Assembly (NCBI GenBank): GCA_963739225.1 | Contig: CAVTZQ010000002.1 | Span: forward strand, 2,331-66,330 | Length of the DNA stretch: 64,000 nucleotides | From: an uncultured Acidobacteriota bacterium | GTDB lineage: Bacteria; Acidobacteriota; Thermoanaerobaculia; Thermoanaerobaculales; Thermoanaerobaculaceae | Direction: 5' to 3' | Shown here: one piece after another, positions 56,985 through 64,000 of the stretch | Numbering within the stretch: the first letter of the stretch is position 1 | How the letters are laid out: each line of letters starts with the position of its first letter | Translations under genes and position numbers: made by a program | The notes under the pieces: model-generated | What the model was told of the DNA's origin: nothing | Seen by the model: only the letters and a program-made list of their open reading frames with translations | Databases searched by the model: none

Positions 56985-57442
56985 AGGTGATTCTCAACGA
57001 GCACGTGGAGCATCTCGGGGAGCGGGGCGCAACCATCGAAGTCAAGCCCGGCTTCGCCAGAAACTACCTGATCCCCAAGGGTCTGGCCTACCAGGCCACC
57101 GCCGCCAACCTGACCCGTTTCAAGCAGGAGCAGAAGCGTTGGGACGTCAAGGAGGCGACCGAGAAGGTCGAGGCCGAGGCCCAGGCAGCGCATCTCACCG
57201 GGATCGAGCTGACGTTCAAGCGGAGGGCCGGCGAGGGCGACGCTCTCTACGGCTCGGTAACCTCCTCTGACGTCGCCGAGGCTCTGCACGAACGAGGGAT
57301 CAAGATTGACCGCAGGCGCATCGAACTTGGGCAGCACATCAAGCGCCTGGGCACCTTCACCGCGGAGATCCACCTCCACCGCGAGGTGCGGGTGCCGCTG
57401 ACCCTGCACGTCGAGCCCGAAGTCGGGGAGAGCGGGGCGTAG
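56981..57442 (+). CDS. rplI: 50S ribosomal protein L9
   Basis: ORF track, 153 aa. [36 protein letters not shown]. Confidence 0.95.
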   Translation: [153 protein letters not shown]

Positions 57443-57448
57443 GCATCC

Positions 57449-58672
57449 GTGAGCGACGGCCACGCCCCCTTGGGTGCGGTGGACCGCTCCAACCAGGGGT
57501 GGCTCGTGCGCCTGATGCGCGGCGTGGCGCGCGGGCTCTTCCGGGTTGACCTTGATCAGGTCGAGGCCGAGGTCGATCGGGGACGGGCGGCGCTCAGCCG
57601 GGAAACGGTCGCCCGCGAAGAGCTCCAGCGCCACCTCGAGAAGCGTCTGGACGAGGTCTCGGCGGTGGTCGAGGACGTCCGTGGCGCCTATCTCGCGACC
57701 CGCTCGGAGTTCGAGCAGGTGCGCGACGGTTCCGGAGCGCTTCAGAATGAGGTCGAGTCGCTGCGCGACCGGCGGGTCCCGCACATCGAGGGCGACCTTG
57801 TGCGCATGCAGCACGCCATCGAGGCAGTGCAGGCCTTGGCCGAGGAGCTCCGCGACCGGCGGTTGCCCGCTCTCGCGGCCCGCACCGACGCGCTGGTCGA
57901 ACGGCTTCACGAGGAGCTCTCGGTGCTCGGTGGCCTGCTGGACCGGCTGGTCCAGGGCGAGCCGTTGCGGGTGGCCGTGGAACCCGAGGGGGAGGCTGGG
58001 CTCCCGGCAGCGATTGCCGCAGCCACGACGCGTTTTGCCGACGGCTTCCGCGGAGAGCAGGCGGAGATTCTCGGACGAGTGTCGGAGTACCTCCCGCTGC
58101 TCAGCGACGCAGCCCCAGTGCTGGAGCTCGGGTGCGGCCGCGGCGAGCTCCTCGAGGCGCTGCGCGATGCGGGCGTCAAGGCCCACGGCGTGGACAGCGA
58201 CCCGGCCATGGTTGCGGCGTGCCGGCGGCTCGGCCTCGCCGCCGAGGTGGGTGATGCCCTCGAGACGCTGCGCGCCCGGAAGGCCGGAAGCCTGGGCGGC
58301 GTGACCGCCATCCACGTCCTCGAGCACCTTCCGGCCGCCACATGGATGTCGGTCGTGGAGGCCGCCGCCGCGGCGTTGCGCCGGGGAGGAGTGCTGCTTG
58401 TCGAGTGCCCGAACCCGGACTCGCTTCGTGTGGGCGCGGGGCTCTTCTGGATGGACCCCACGCACCGGGCGCCGGTGCATCCGCAGGCGCTGGCGTTCGT
58501 GATGCGGGCGCTCGGGCTCGAGGTGGTCGAGACGAAGCTGCTGCACCCGTTCCCACCCGAGCAGGCGCTGGCCAAAGCCTCCCAGCCCGAGGCGGTGCGC
58601 GAACTCGCCGGGCGCCTGGACGCCTGGCTCTCCGGCCCCCGCGACTTCCTGGTGGTTGCCCGCAAACCCTAG
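57449..58672 (+). CDS. Class I SAM-dependent methyltransferase with long N-terminal coiled-coil region
   Basis: ORF track, 407 aa. Motif I VLELGCGRGELL, post-I HGVDSD, VLEHL. The N-terminal 200 aa is heptad-like and helical. Confidence 0.75.
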   Translation: MSDGHAPLGAVDRSNQGWLVRLMRGVARGLFRVDLDQVEAEVDRGRAALSRETVAREELQRHLEKRLDEVSAVVEDVRGAYLATRSEFEQVRDGSGALQNEVESLRDRRVPHIEGDLVRMQHAIEAVQALAEELRDRRLPALAARTDALVERLHEELSVLGGLLDRLVQGEPLRVAVEPEGEAGLPAAIAAATTRFADGFRGEQAEILGRVSEYLPLLSDAAPVLELGCGRGELLEALRDAGVKAHGVDSDPAMVAACRRLGLAAEVGDALETLRARKAGSLGGVTAIHVLEHLPAATWMSVVEAAAAALRRGGVLLVECPNPDSLRVGAGLFWMDPTHRAPVHPQALAFVMRALGLEVVETKLLHPFPPEQALAKASQPEAVRELAGRLDAWLSGPRDFLVVARKP

Positions 58673-58682
58673 CGTTCTCTTT

Positions 58683-58704
58683 TTCACTGCCGTGAAGTTT
58701 TTTT
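58683..58704 (+). terminator. Weak intrinsic-terminator-like hairpin TTCACtgccGTGAA followed by G plus T7, at the outer end of repeat copy D
   Basis: Read directly, 11 nt after the methyltransferase stop. The stem is only 5 bp. The equivalent end of copy E (about 61395-61425) carries GAAACagcagTTTC next to an A/T run. Confidence 0.3.
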
Positions 58705-58925
58705 GCCCGCCGGGTGAAGCGCTTTTCGGGTCTTGCGCGTCCCCACGCGCTGCGGCCCGCAACTCCTCTGGCCGCGACCCAGCAGCGCGGCCCGGCCCGG
58801 GGCCCCTCGGTGTCTGCGTGAGGCAGCATCCCCGACACCCCGTCCCGGCTCCGCGCGCTGGGGACCCCGCGGCCTCCGGAGGCATGGCCGCTGGCACCCG
58901 CGGGGCGGATTGAATGCCCCGCCCG
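58684..58925 (+). repeat. Copy D of the repeat family (unit 1)
   Basis: Near-identical blocks to copy A, e.g. GGGGCCCCTCGGTGTC...GACACCCCGTCCCGG...CGCGCTGGG.ACCCCGCGGCCTCCGGAGGCATGGCCGCTGGCACCCGCGGGGCGGATTGAAT. Confidence 0.85.
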
Positions 58926-59146
58926 ATGTTCAGTGAGCGTCTGCCAAGCCTTGTGTCATCCCGAGGAGCGCAGAGCGCGACGAAGGATCCCATCGTGCCC
59001 GAGGACATCCCCAAGATAGTGGTGTCTCCGCGCATGCCTTTCCGGCAAGGCTCCCGCTCGCGTCGGCTGCAGGGGCCTATACTCCGTTCGAGGACACTCG
59101 TGGAGATCGTGGTGCTCAGGGGTTCACGTGATTCCCGGCGCGGGGC

Positions 59147-59644
59147 GTGCGGGCCGATGCGGTGGCGCTACAGGCCATGAACGACCAAGCTCTGGAACTG
59201 GCGGAATGGTCCCGCGCTGTCCGGGAATCGTCGCTCAAACGGCTCCGAACCGTTCCGACCGGGAGCGAGAACTGGCGGCCCGTCACCGACGCCATGAGCC
59301 TCGGCGATCTCGCTCATCACATTGTCGAGGCTGATGAGTGGTTATTCAGGAAACTCGAAGCGCGAGCGCTCGAACCCATCGTCGGGCACGCCGGAGCGGT
59401 GACCATCACGACTCGCGAACAGTACATGCAGCTCCTGCGAGCCCTTGAAAGAACGGGAGCTAAGCGGGCACAGTTGATCGCAGGACTTTCCGATGAGCAG
59501 TTGCGTGAGCGCGTAGACGACCGACGATTTGGCGGGAGAGTAACCATTTGGTGGATCCTCGTCCGCGGCAACATCGACCACGAGATCCACCATCGTGGCC
59601 AGATCTCAGCGTACTTGCGAATGGCGGGAATCGATGCGCCATGA
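59147..59644 (+). CDS. DinB-superfamily (DinB_2-like) metal-dependent protein
   Basis: ORF track, 165 aa. LGDLAHHIVEADEW and a C-terminal IDHEIHHRGQISAYLRMAG His triad. The start (59147 or ATG 59177) is uncertain. Confidence 0.75.
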   Translation: MRADAVALQAMNDQALELAEWSRAVRESSLKRLRTVPTGSENWRPVTDAMSLGDLAHHIVEADEWLFRKLEARALEPIVGHAGAVTITTREQYMQLLRALERTGAKRAQLIAGLSDEQLRERVDDRRFGGRVTIWWILVRGNIDHEIHHRGQISAYLRMAGIDAP

Positions 59645-59741
59645 AGAGGCTGTGGCTACCGCAACGCTGGCCGGTTTCCTTTGGGTAGCCGAATGTGCGT
59701 GAGGCGTCGCGCAGCGTACAATATGCCTCCGGAGAAGAGCC

Positions 59742-60212
59742 ATGAAAATCGTGGCAGCGATTTGTAATGTCGTTTGGTTTGGATTCACCTGCTTGGTTCT
59801 CGTGACCGACGGTTTTCCTAAGGAAGCCGGGTACATTTTTGTCTCACTGTTGCATCTGCTGACTCCGCTTCTCACCTTGGTGGTGCTTTTCCATAGCGGA
59901 GCGAGCGATGGTTGGTTAGGCCTTCGTATGAAAAGGAAGGCATTCGAGGAACAGAGGAAGATTGATAAGCCATCTTCCATGAGCACTTTTATGAAAATCG
60001 TGGCAATCATCTGTAATGTCGCCTTGTTAGGATTCATTTGCTGGGCCCTCCTAAGCCAGCCCCCTCACCCAGAGGAAGAAGGCTTCGTTGCTTTCGTAGT
60101 GGTGTCGGTGGTGACTCCGATTCTCAGCGTGGTGGTGCTTTTCCGTGGTGGGGCGAGCGATGGTTGGCCAAGCCTTCATATGAAAAGGAACGCGTTAGAG
60201 GAACCAAGGTAG
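59742..60212 (+). CDS. Small membrane protein built from two tandem 83-codon modules (2 TM each)
   Basis: ORF track, 156 aa. MKIVAAICNVVWFGFTCLVL...VVLFHSGASDGWLGLRMKRKAFEEQRKID, then MKIVAIICNVALLGFICWAL...VVLFRGGASDGWPSLHMKRNALEEPR*. The DNA units start at 59742 and 59991. The lowest-GC stretch of the window. Confidence 0.6.
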   Translation: MKIVAAICNVVWFGFTCLVLVTDGFPKEAGYIFVSLLHLLTPLLTLVVLFHSGASDGWLGLRMKRKAFEEQRKIDKPSSMSTFMKIVAIICNVALLGFICWALLSQPPHPEEEGFVAFVVVSVVTPILSVVVLFRGGASDGWPSLHMKRNALEEPR

Positions 60213-60455
60213 ATTGATGACCTTGCAAAGAAACACGACGCCTGACAAGTCGCCCGAGCGGACGCCGCCTGCACCTCGCTTCGTCATCCCGCTTGCAGTC
60301 CGTTGACGTTCTCTGTAGTCGCAAAGCGTCGAATCCGCTGGCACGGTCGTCAGCGGGGTGAGCAAGCAGGCGGGCTGCCCTCGCTCGGCGCAGTTCGGCG
60401 CCGGTCAGCCCCCGCGTTGGGCGGACACGAGCAAGACTGGAGGCGCGACCCGCTG

Positions 60456-61022
60456 GTGTCGGCAAGAGCCATCAAGACCCTGGACGTCGGGACCCGCCGG
60501 GAGTGGCGAAGGTGGCTGGGAGAGCACCACGACTCGGATTCTGAGATCTGGCTCATTTTTCACAAGCGTCACGCGGGCGTGAGGTCCCTCACTTACAACG
60601 ACGCCGTCGAGGAAGCGCTCTGCTATGGCTGGATCGACAGTGTAGTCAGACGCCTCGATGATGCCCGGTATGCACGGAAGTTCACGCCGCGGAACGCCGG
60701 CAGCAAATGGTCGAGCGCAAATCGCCGGCGGTATGCGGACCTCGAACTGCGCGGGTTGGTGGCGGCACCGGGATTGAAACGCGCGCCGACGAATCAGAGC
60801 GGCGATGCGCCACGTCCGTCCCTTTCGGAGATCCCTTCGTACATCAAGCAGGCACTGAGGGCGAATCCACGTGCCTGGAAGTGCTTCGAACAGCTGGCTC
60901 CGTCGTATCGGCGAGCCTACATTGGGTGGATTGACTCCGCCAAACGTGAGCAGACGAAGGTGCGTCGCCTTCGCGAAGCGCTGAGCCTTCTGGCGGCAGG
61001 CAAGAAACTCGGGCTAAAGTGA
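60456..61022 (+). CDS. YdeI/OmpD-associated family protein (bacteriocin-protection-type domain)
   Basis: ORF 60303..61022. EWRRWLGEHHDSDSEIWLIFHKRHAG...YNDAVEEALCYGWIDSVVRRLDDARYARKFTPRNAGSKWS matches the family pattern as I recall it. The start at GTG 60456 is a guess. Confidence 0.7.
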   Translation: MSARAIKTLDVGTRREWRRWLGEHHDSDSEIWLIFHKRHAGVRSLTYNDAVEEALCYGWIDSVVRRLDDARYARKFTPRNAGSKWSSANRRRYADLELRGLVAAPGLKRAPTNQSGDAPRPSLSEIPSYIKQALRANPRAWKCFEQLAPSYRRAYIGWIDSAKREQTKVRRLREALSLLAAGKKLGLK

Positions 61023-61134
61023 GTGCCGCCCGACAAGGCGCTGCAGCCGGCAAGCTGCGCGGGCGTTCAGGCTCCGTCTCGGCATCTTCAACTCAGCGCC
61101 TCGAATTATGGAGGCAATACGGCAACGCGGCGTT

Positions 61135-61425
61135 GGGCGGGCATTCCATCCGCCCCTCGGTTGAAGCGGGCATCTCTCGTGAAGCCGCAGGGCGATTGGT
61201 TGGGTGGGGGCATACCGCCCGGGGGGTGGCGTCACCTTTCCGCTGAAGCTCGCGGGCACCGAGCGCGGCGATTGCCGTGAGGTGTCGCGGCGGGCGGAAC
61301 CCGAACGACGAGGGGCCCCACGGTGAGCGGCGCTGCTCGGTCGCGAGCGGAAGCGTCGCGAGCGAAGCGAACGAGCGACGCCACCCACCGGGAAAAAAGA
61401 AATCTTGAAACAGCAGTTTCGAAAA
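61135..61425 (-). repeat. Copy E of the repeat family (diverged, inverted relative to copies A, B and D)
   Basis: CGCCCCTCGGTTGAAGCGGGCATCTCTC matches the reverse complement of the right end of copy B. GAGGGGCCCCACGGTGAGCGGCGCTGCTCGGTCGCGAGCGG...CGCCACCCACCGGGAAAAAAG parallels copy C and the reverse complement of the left end of copy D. Confidence 0.7.
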
Positions 61426-61549
61426 GGAACCGGGGTGTAGGGGCGGGAAACCCCTCAAGCGAGCCGGGATTTACTCCCGGCGAGCGGTGGGGGCTCGGGG
61501 GGTCGAGAGCGCCGGTCGGGTGGCTGGAGCGGCGCGGGACCCCCCGCAA

Positions 61550-62554
61550 TCATGGTTTCATGTGCTGGCGGAAGAGGTCCTTGAGCGCCAGCAGCACCTG
61601 CACGAAGCTGTGCTCCTTCAGGAACTCCTGCAGGTCGTTGCGCGACGTGCCGGCCCCCATCTTCTGCTTGGCCGCGTCGAACAGCCCGAAGAAGTCGGAG
61701 ATCGGCCTGAGCCCCAGCTTGCCGAACCGGTCGTGGTACCACTGCGACTCGCGGACCTGCTCCCACGCCCTGGCCTGCAACGACGCCACCGAGCCGTTCC
61801 ACAGGCCGTCCGCCAGCGCCGTGACCTCCTGGTAGAGAGCCGTCAGGATCACCTTGTTGTCGTTGCGCTTGAGGGCACTGTCCAGCTCCTGCGGCCCGAC
61901 CGGCCCGGCGGCCACGGCCGCGGGCACGGGTTCGGGTTCCGGCGCGGCCGCGGGCTTCTGAGGCGCGGCCTTCGGTGGCGGGGCTGGGGCGCCACCCCTG
62001 GATGCCGGGGCCGCCGGCGGCGGGGGCGGGGGGACGGCCTTGAGGGGCGGCGTCGGCGCGGCTGCGGTCTTCCCGGGTTTGGCGGGCGGAGCGGCTGGCA
62101 CCTCCTCGATGGCCGGCGCCGGGGCGCTGGCCGTCTTCTTGAGGCGGTCCTCGAATGTGACGAGGAAGCCCAGCTCGCTCTCCGAAATCGGCCTGGCGTA
62201 CGCGATGCGGGTGAGGATCGTGTCGAGCTCGAGGAAGCGGATGCGCAGCACGCTTGCGTCGGGGGCCAGCGGCAGGAAACGCTGCAGGATTTGCGGGTTC
62301 GCGGCCATGACGTCATAGAGATTGAGGAAGCCTGCGAAGTCGAGGATGTCGACGGCGTCGCTGAGGTTCCAGTTGATGCTGGCCTCTCTCGCCTGCCGCT
62401 GCGTCAGATAATCCCGGATCTCGTCGGGGATGCCGGTCGCCTCCCACTCCTTGCCGTGGATGGCGCGCAGCGACTCTCGCATGATCTTGCGGAGGCGCAG
62501 CAAGATTTCGCTGGACATCTGGCACGCGTCGAGGTTGGTGTCAAGTTTGGTCAT
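61550..62554 (-). CDS. Two-domain protein: N-terminal Swt1-like HEPN-like domain with degenerate R-x4-H motif, Pro/Ala-rich linker, unknown C-terminal domain
   Basis: ORF track, 334 aa. LRLRKIMRESLRAIHGKEWEATGIPDEIRDYL...ILDFAGFLNLYDVMAANPQILQRF...LELDTILTRIAYARPISESEL follows the Swt1-like HEPN layout as I recall it, but has TRIAYAR where RNxxAH is expected. Confidence 0.5.
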   Translation of the reverse strand: MTKLDTNLDACQMSSEILLRLRKIMRESLRAIHGKEWEATGIPDEIRDYLTQRQAREASINWNLSDAVDILDFAGFLNLYDVMAANPQILQRFLPLAPDASVLRIRFLELDTILTRIAYARPISESELGFLVTFEDRLKKTASAPAPAIEEVPAAPPAKPGKTAAAPTPPLKAVPPPPPPAAPASRGGAPAPPPKAAPQKPAAAPEPEPVPAAVAAGPVGPQELDSALKRNDNKVILTALYQEVTALADGLWNGSVASLQARAWEQVRESQWYHDRFGKLGLRPISDFFGLFDAAKQKMGAGTSRNDLQEFLKEHSFVQVLLALKDLFRQHMKP

Positions 62555-62563
62555 GGCCGCCTG

Positions 62564-63154
62564 TCAGTTCCACGGTGTCGTGGTGCGCAAGTGAGCCCAA
62601 CGACGCAGGAAGCGCTCGCGGCGCTCGAGCTCTCGTACCGCCAGCAGGAGCAGCTTACCGCGCGTCAGGGGGTCAGGGACGCTGAGAAAGCTTTGCTGTT
62701 GTTCCGCCGAAAGACCGAGCCCCGCGGTGATCCGCCACGTGAGCGTGCTCAGATCGCGCTGCCGCACGGAGGCCATGAGGTCCTTGCCGATCCGCTGACA
62801 CAACCGCTCGTAGCGGGCCCGCAGCAGGCGCGCGGTAGGTTCCTCCCCCCTGTCGGCCGCGGGCTGATCCGGATACCTCTCGGCGCGCACCAGGGTCACC
62901 TCCTCGCTCACCAGCGAGAGCAGCCGGCAGCGGCTGATGCCGTGCAGGGCGGTTTCACCCTCGCTTTCCCCGGCAACCACCGCGGTGACCCCGACCTCGT
63001 GGACGGATTCACCGTCCACCAGCGAGGCGACGACCGCGCCCCCGAAGCCGTTGGCGCGCTCCAGGATGGCGCGGGTCGCGAGCCGAGGCCAGGGCACGCT
63101 GACACGCTCACCCGGAAGCAGCACGGCTCCCTCGAGGGGGTAGAGGGGAAGCAT
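62564..63154 (-). CDS. Stand-alone LON N-terminal (substrate-binding) domain protein
   Basis: ORF 62564..63223, with ATG at 63154 giving MLPLYPLEGAVLLPGERVSV (the classic LPLFPL..V.FPG opening of the Lon N domain). About 196 aa, with no AAA or protease domain. Confidence 0.7.
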   Translation of the reverse strand: MLPLYPLEGAVLLPGERVSVPWPRLATRAILERANGFGGAVVASLVDGESVHEVGVTAVVAGESEGETALHGISRCRLLSLVSEEVTLVRAERYPDQPAADRGEEPTARLLRARYERLCQRIGKDLMASVRQRDLSTLTWRITAGLGLSAEQQQSFLSVPDPLTRGKLLLLAVRELERRERFLRRWAHLRTTTPWN

Positions 63155-63176
63155 GAAGACGCCTCGCATTGAACGC

Positions 63177-63205
63177 ATAGTACAACCCGAGCGCGAAACC
63201 CTCAA
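63177..63205 (-). promoter_or_regulatory. Candidate promoter (TTGAGG, 17 nt spacer, TACTAT) for the Lon-N / HEPN-like operon
   Basis: Read on the minus strand: -35 at 63205-63200 and -10 at 63182-63177, about 23 nt upstream of the ATG at 63154. Confidence 0.35.
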
Positions 63206-63273
63206 CACCCGGGCGCGCCGCACCGGCCTGCCCCGGCAGATGCAGTTGGTGCCGGGCCCAGAAGGCGGCCGCG

Positions 63274-64000
63274 CTAGGCGCTGGGCATCGGCCTGCCGGC
63301 GCCGGCGGTCGAGAACTCCTCGCCCCGCCGAATGACCGCGAGGATTCCCCCGCTCAAGAGCACCACAAGCCCCGCCCAGAGCAGGCCGATCATGGGCTTG
63401 ATCGTGACGTCCACGGAGAACTTCATCGGCTCGCCGGGGTCGCCGGGGGCGCTGGGATCGAGCACCTGGACCTCGACGGTCTTCTCGTTGGGGTTCATGC
63501 GCCCGACCCTCAGCATCACGCCGGGCAGGCCGGGGACGGCGGCGTCCTCGTGGCTCTCACCGGCCTCGCCGCCGCGGTAGGCGGGCTCGGCCTCGCCGGT
63601 CTTCCCGGAGGTGTCGGTGACCTTGAACACCGCGCCGATGTTGATCTTTCCTGCCTGGGGGTCAAAGTCGGAGAGATCGAAGTCGTCGAACTTGAGCGCC
63701 ACACCCTTGTAGGTCAACGTCTCGCCCTTGTGCAGCACGGCGCGCTTTGCGACCCCACCGCTCACACCATTCACCTGGAGCCGCACGCGGCCGGCACCGG
63801 CGTTGACGCCGGCAATCGAGACGGAGGCGCCGTGGACGCCGGCAAGGGGTACGGGCTCGCTTGCGAAGCCGGCGCCGGTGGAGCTGATGTGCGGCGTGAC
63901 CTGCTGCGAGTCGTTGCCGCGGCGGACCGTGAGCCGGGCGCCGATCGAGACCCGCTGGGCCTCGCTGTGGCCACCGGACATGTCGAAGCCGTCGAAGGTG
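63274..64000 (-). CDS. C-terminal part of a CcmF/NrfE-type cytochrome c heme lyase subunit (5' end off-window)
   Basis: ORF 63274..63981 continues in frame to the window edge (FDGFDMSGGH...). The C-terminal KPMIGLLWAGLVVLLSGGILAVIRR resembles the CcmF tail (KPfv.WiW.G..lm.lGG). Confidence 0.5.
   Translation of the reverse strand, partial: TFDGFDMSGGHSEAQRVSIGARLTVRRGNDSQQVTPHISSTGAGFASEPVPLAGVHGASVSIAGVNAGAGRVRLQVNGVSGGVAKRAVLHKGETLTYKGVALKFDDFDLSDFDPQAGKINIGAVFKVTDTSGKTGEAEPAYRGGEAGESHEDAAVPGLPGVMLRVGRMNPNEKTVEVQVLDPSAPGDPGEPMKFSVDVTIKPMIGLLWAGLVVLLSGGILAVIRRGEEFSTAGAGRPMPSA

Noticed and set aside
58951-58995. The sequence gtcatcccgaggagcgcagagcgcgacgaaggatccc, reminiscent of short intergenic repeats common in some soil and sediment bacteria.
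   Set aside because: There is only one copy in this window, so nothing can be established without the rest of the genome.
61880-62110. A repetitive-looking GC-rich stretch (ccgccgg/ggcgg motifs) that might be a tandem repeat or spacer array.
   Set aside because: It is the Pro/Ala-rich linker (PAPAIEEVPAAPPAKPGKTAAAPTPP...) of the 61550..62554 protein. It is low-complexity coding sequence with no regular period.

Overview
High-GC bacterial chromosomal segment (about 65-70% G+C by eye), densely coding, roughly 70 genes. No taxon can be assigned from this window alone.

Most of it is core housekeeping in conserved syntenic blocks:
- ffh-rpsP-KH-rimM-trmD-rplS-rnhB (34.4-38.7 kb)
- LolB-like-ispE-spoVG-tRNA-Gln-prs-rplY-pth (49.1-53.6 kb)
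- rpsF-rpsR-DUF2232-rplI (55.4-57.4 kb)
- cinA-thpR-plsY-gpsA (10.9-14.2 kb)
- also ahcY, ilvE, queG, pgsA-MMPL, a TetR/acyl-CoA ligase pair, a LiaF-like/LytS/LytTR signalling module, a LonC-type protease, an ABC-2 exporter and an L,D-transpeptidase cluster

Stand-out observations:
1. A GC-rich, non-coding, MITE-like repeat family has five intergenic copies: about 4871-5290, 29246-29444, 33721-34349, 58684-58925 and 61135-61425. One copy carries perfect 19-bp terminal inverted repeats. One is a 629-bp composite palindrome.
2. Two visibly lower-GC accessory cassettes (about 29.4-33.7 kb and 58.9-61.1 kb) are each bracketed by oppositely oriented copies of that repeat. The first carries the best candidate for an undescribed system: a translationally coupled operon of two uncharacterised small proteins plus a HEPN-type (R-x4-H) protein with no nucleotidyltransferase partner. 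The second carries DinB-like, YdeI-like and an internally duplicated membrane protein.
3. At least six frame disruptions in five genes are each explained by one extra base, mostly at short homopolymers. This looks like an assembly indel signature or real decay, and it should be resolved before any of these genes is interpreted.
4. A core-GC operon pairs a Lon N-domain protein with a Swt1-like HEPN-like protein whose catalytic motif looks degenerate.

No rRNA, CRISPR array, or intact transposase or integrase was seen.
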